64,000 bases of DNA, from NCBI RefSeq assembly GCF_001677475.2, contig NZ_CP015229.1; one strand, 5' to 3'. Origin of the DNA: Escherichia coli (GTDB taxonomy: Bacteria > Pseudomonadota > Gammaproteobacteria > Enterobacterales > Enterobacteriaceae). The first letter of the stretch is position 1. Every line of letters starts with the position of its first letter. Shown here one piece after another: positions 62,205-64,000 of the stretch. The notes under the pieces are model-generated. The model was not told the DNA's origin. It saw nothing but the letters and a program-made list of their open reading frames with translations, and did no database searches. The translations under genes were made by a program, and so were the position numbers.

Positions 62205-63320
62205 ATGGTTACGCCAGTAAGCATCAGCAATTACATATCTCTTCCTGATGATTTTCCCGCTCGTAATATTGCACCTCAAGTAAAAGAAGTTTTAAAGGAT
62301 TTTATTGATGCACTCAGTACCATAATATGTGATGAAGAGTGGCGCACGTCTTTAAACACCAACTCAGCCACAAAAAAGATATTTAACAACCTTGATAACT
62401 TATCATATATTCAGAGGACTTCTTTTCGGGGTAACGACACACTATACAATGAAAAGGTTCAGTTTAAACTCACTTATCCTGCCAGGAATGGAAGACACAA
62501 AGAAAATATTGAATTTCAGGTAGTAATAAATTTAAGCCCTATTTATTTAGATAATTTTCGCCATGATGGAGAAATTAATATTTTTTGCGCCCCCAACCCA
62601 AAGCCTGTCACTATGGGGCGCGTATTTCAGACCGGCGTCGAGCGTGTGCTCTTTCTGTTTCTGAATGATTTTATTGAACAATTTCCAATGATCAACCCTG
62701 GCGTTCCTATCAAAAGAGCGCATACACCACATATTGAACCCCTGCCTCCGGATCACCATACCGCTGCAGATTACTTACGCCAGTTTGATTTGCTTGTCCT
62801 GAATTTTATCACCCGCGGTAATTTTGTCATACTCCCCCGATTATGGAATAGCTCTGAAGTTCACAGATGGTTCGTCAATAAAGAACCTAACTTGATCACC
62901 GCCATTCTCGACATAACGGACAGCGAATTAAAAGAGGATTTATTGCAAAGTCTGATGGATTCATTAGGTTCTAACAAACATGTACTACCCGAAGTCTGCA
63001 TCTGCTTTTTATCCCTTTTAGCAGAACAAGAATCCCCTCATTTTCAGGAGTTGTTTTTATTTTTCGCCAATATGTTGTTGCACTATCACCAATTTATGAA
63101 TCCCAATGAAAGTGATTTGAATGACGTGTTGATGCCAGCATCATTAAGTGATGATAAAATTATCAAACATTTGGCGCGCAGGACCCTCAAACTTTTTGTA
63201 AAAAATGAAACGCCGCCAAAAGTTACTCACGAAGACCTGGTTAAAAACAGGCCTCGCTCCCCTGTAAGACCACCTATACCCGCAACCGCCAAAACGCCAG
63301 ACCTCCCTGAACGTCATTAA
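62205..63320 (+). CDS. yneK: Uncharacterised protein YneK
   Basis: 371-aa ORF at the K-12 yneK position. Confidence 0.75.
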   Translation: MVTPVSISNYISLPDDFPARNIAPQVKEVLKDFIDALSTIICDEEWRTSLNTNSATKKIFNNLDNLSYIQRTSFRGNDTLYNEKVQFKLTYPARNGRHKENIEFQVVINLSPIYLDNFRHDGEINIFCAPNPKPVTMGRVFQTGVERVLFLFLNDFIEQFPMINPGVPIKRAHTPHIEPLPPDHHTAADYLRQFDLLVLNFITRGNFVILPRLWNSSEVHRWFVNKEPNLITAILDITDSELKEDLLQSLMDSLGSNKHVLPEVCICFLSLLAEQESPHFQELFLFFANMLLHYHQFMNPNESDLNDVLMPASLSDDKIIKHLARRTLKLFVKNETPPKVTHEDLVKNRPRSPVRPPIPATAKTPDLPERH

Positions 63321-63469
63321 ACCGTGATGTTACCGACTCTCTGACGCGGACCAGAATCAGCGTCAGAGAAACGGAAAACGCGATCCAGATCACAAATGCA
63401 TTGTATTCACATCATTAACCGTTTTAAGATCATTTCATCACTTTTTCGCAACTCACCCGATAATCTGTT

Positions 63470-64000
63470 ATGACAACAAACACTGTTTCCCGCAAAGTGG
63501 CGTGGCTACGGGTCGTTACGCTGGCAGTCGCCGCCTTCATCTTCAACACCACCGAATTTGTCCCTGTTGGCCTGCTCTCTGACATTGCGCAAAGTTTTCA
63601 CATGCAAACCGCTCAGGTCGGCATCATGTTGACGATTTATGCATGGGTAGTGGCGCTAATGTCATTGCCTTTTATGTTAATGACCAGCCAGGTTGAACGA
63701 CGCAAATTACTGATCTGCCTGTTTGTGGTATTTATTGCCAGCCACGTACTGTCGTTTTTGTCGTGGAGCTTTACCGTTCTGGTGATCAGTCGCATTGGTG
63801 TGGCTTTTGCACATGCGATTTTCTGGTCGATTACGGCGTCTCTGGCGATCCGTATGGCTCCGGCCGGGAAGCGAGCGCAGGCTTTGAGTTTAATTGCCAC
63901 TGGTACAGCACTGGCAATGGTATTAGGTTTACCTCTCGGGCGCATTGTGGGGCAGTATTTTGGCTGGCGAATGACCTTCTTCGCGATTGGTATCGGGGCG
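63470..64000 (+). CDS. sotB: Sugar efflux transporter (MFS), N-terminal part; runs off the window end
   Basis: ATG at 63470; [43 protein letters not shown]… recognised as YdeA/SotB; no stop within the window. Confidence 0.85.

Noticed and set aside
63637-63945. Minus-strand 102-aa ORF
   Set aside because: Lies antisense within the N-terminal coding region of the sotB transporter that starts at 63470.
1-64000. CRISPR arrays, tRNA or rRNA genes
   Set aside because: No regularly spaced short direct repeats and no tRNA- or rRNA-like sequence were noticed on reading through; this was a visual scan only, so a small tRNA could have been missed.

Overview
This window reads as the replication-terminus region of an Escherichia coli chromosome (K-12-like gene order, but not K-12 itself), assigned by recognising the encoded proteins from memory; no database search was run. 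Gene order: ddpA'-ddpX, dosCP, yddW, gadBC, pqqL-yddB-yddA, ydeM-ydeN, ydeO-safA-ydeP, an intact ydeQRST/F9-type chaperone-usher fimbrial operon, a yneL fragment, the dif region, hipBA, an intact 1806-aa autotransporter, the lsr AI-2 locus, tam, yneE, uxaB, a GGDEF protein, yneG, glsB, sad, yneJ, yneK and the start of sotB. The key finding is a complete ~4.6-kb Microviridae (Gokushovirinae-type) ssDNA prophage at 32142..36744, inserted exactly at the chromosomal dif site between yneL and hipA. It encodes a rolling-circle replication initiator (VP4), major capsid protein (VP1), pilot-like protein (VP2), two small proteins (VP5, VP3) and a 39-aa basic protein (VP8), all on the + strand, with no integrase. 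It is flanked by two direct dif-like 28-mers whose hybrid arms fit XerCD-mediated integration. Integration also appears to have separated a phage promoter-like element from the replication gene. Other supported features include four hipBA operators, EvgA boxes, a GAD box, paired palindromes in the lsrR-lsrA intergenic region and several intrinsic terminators.
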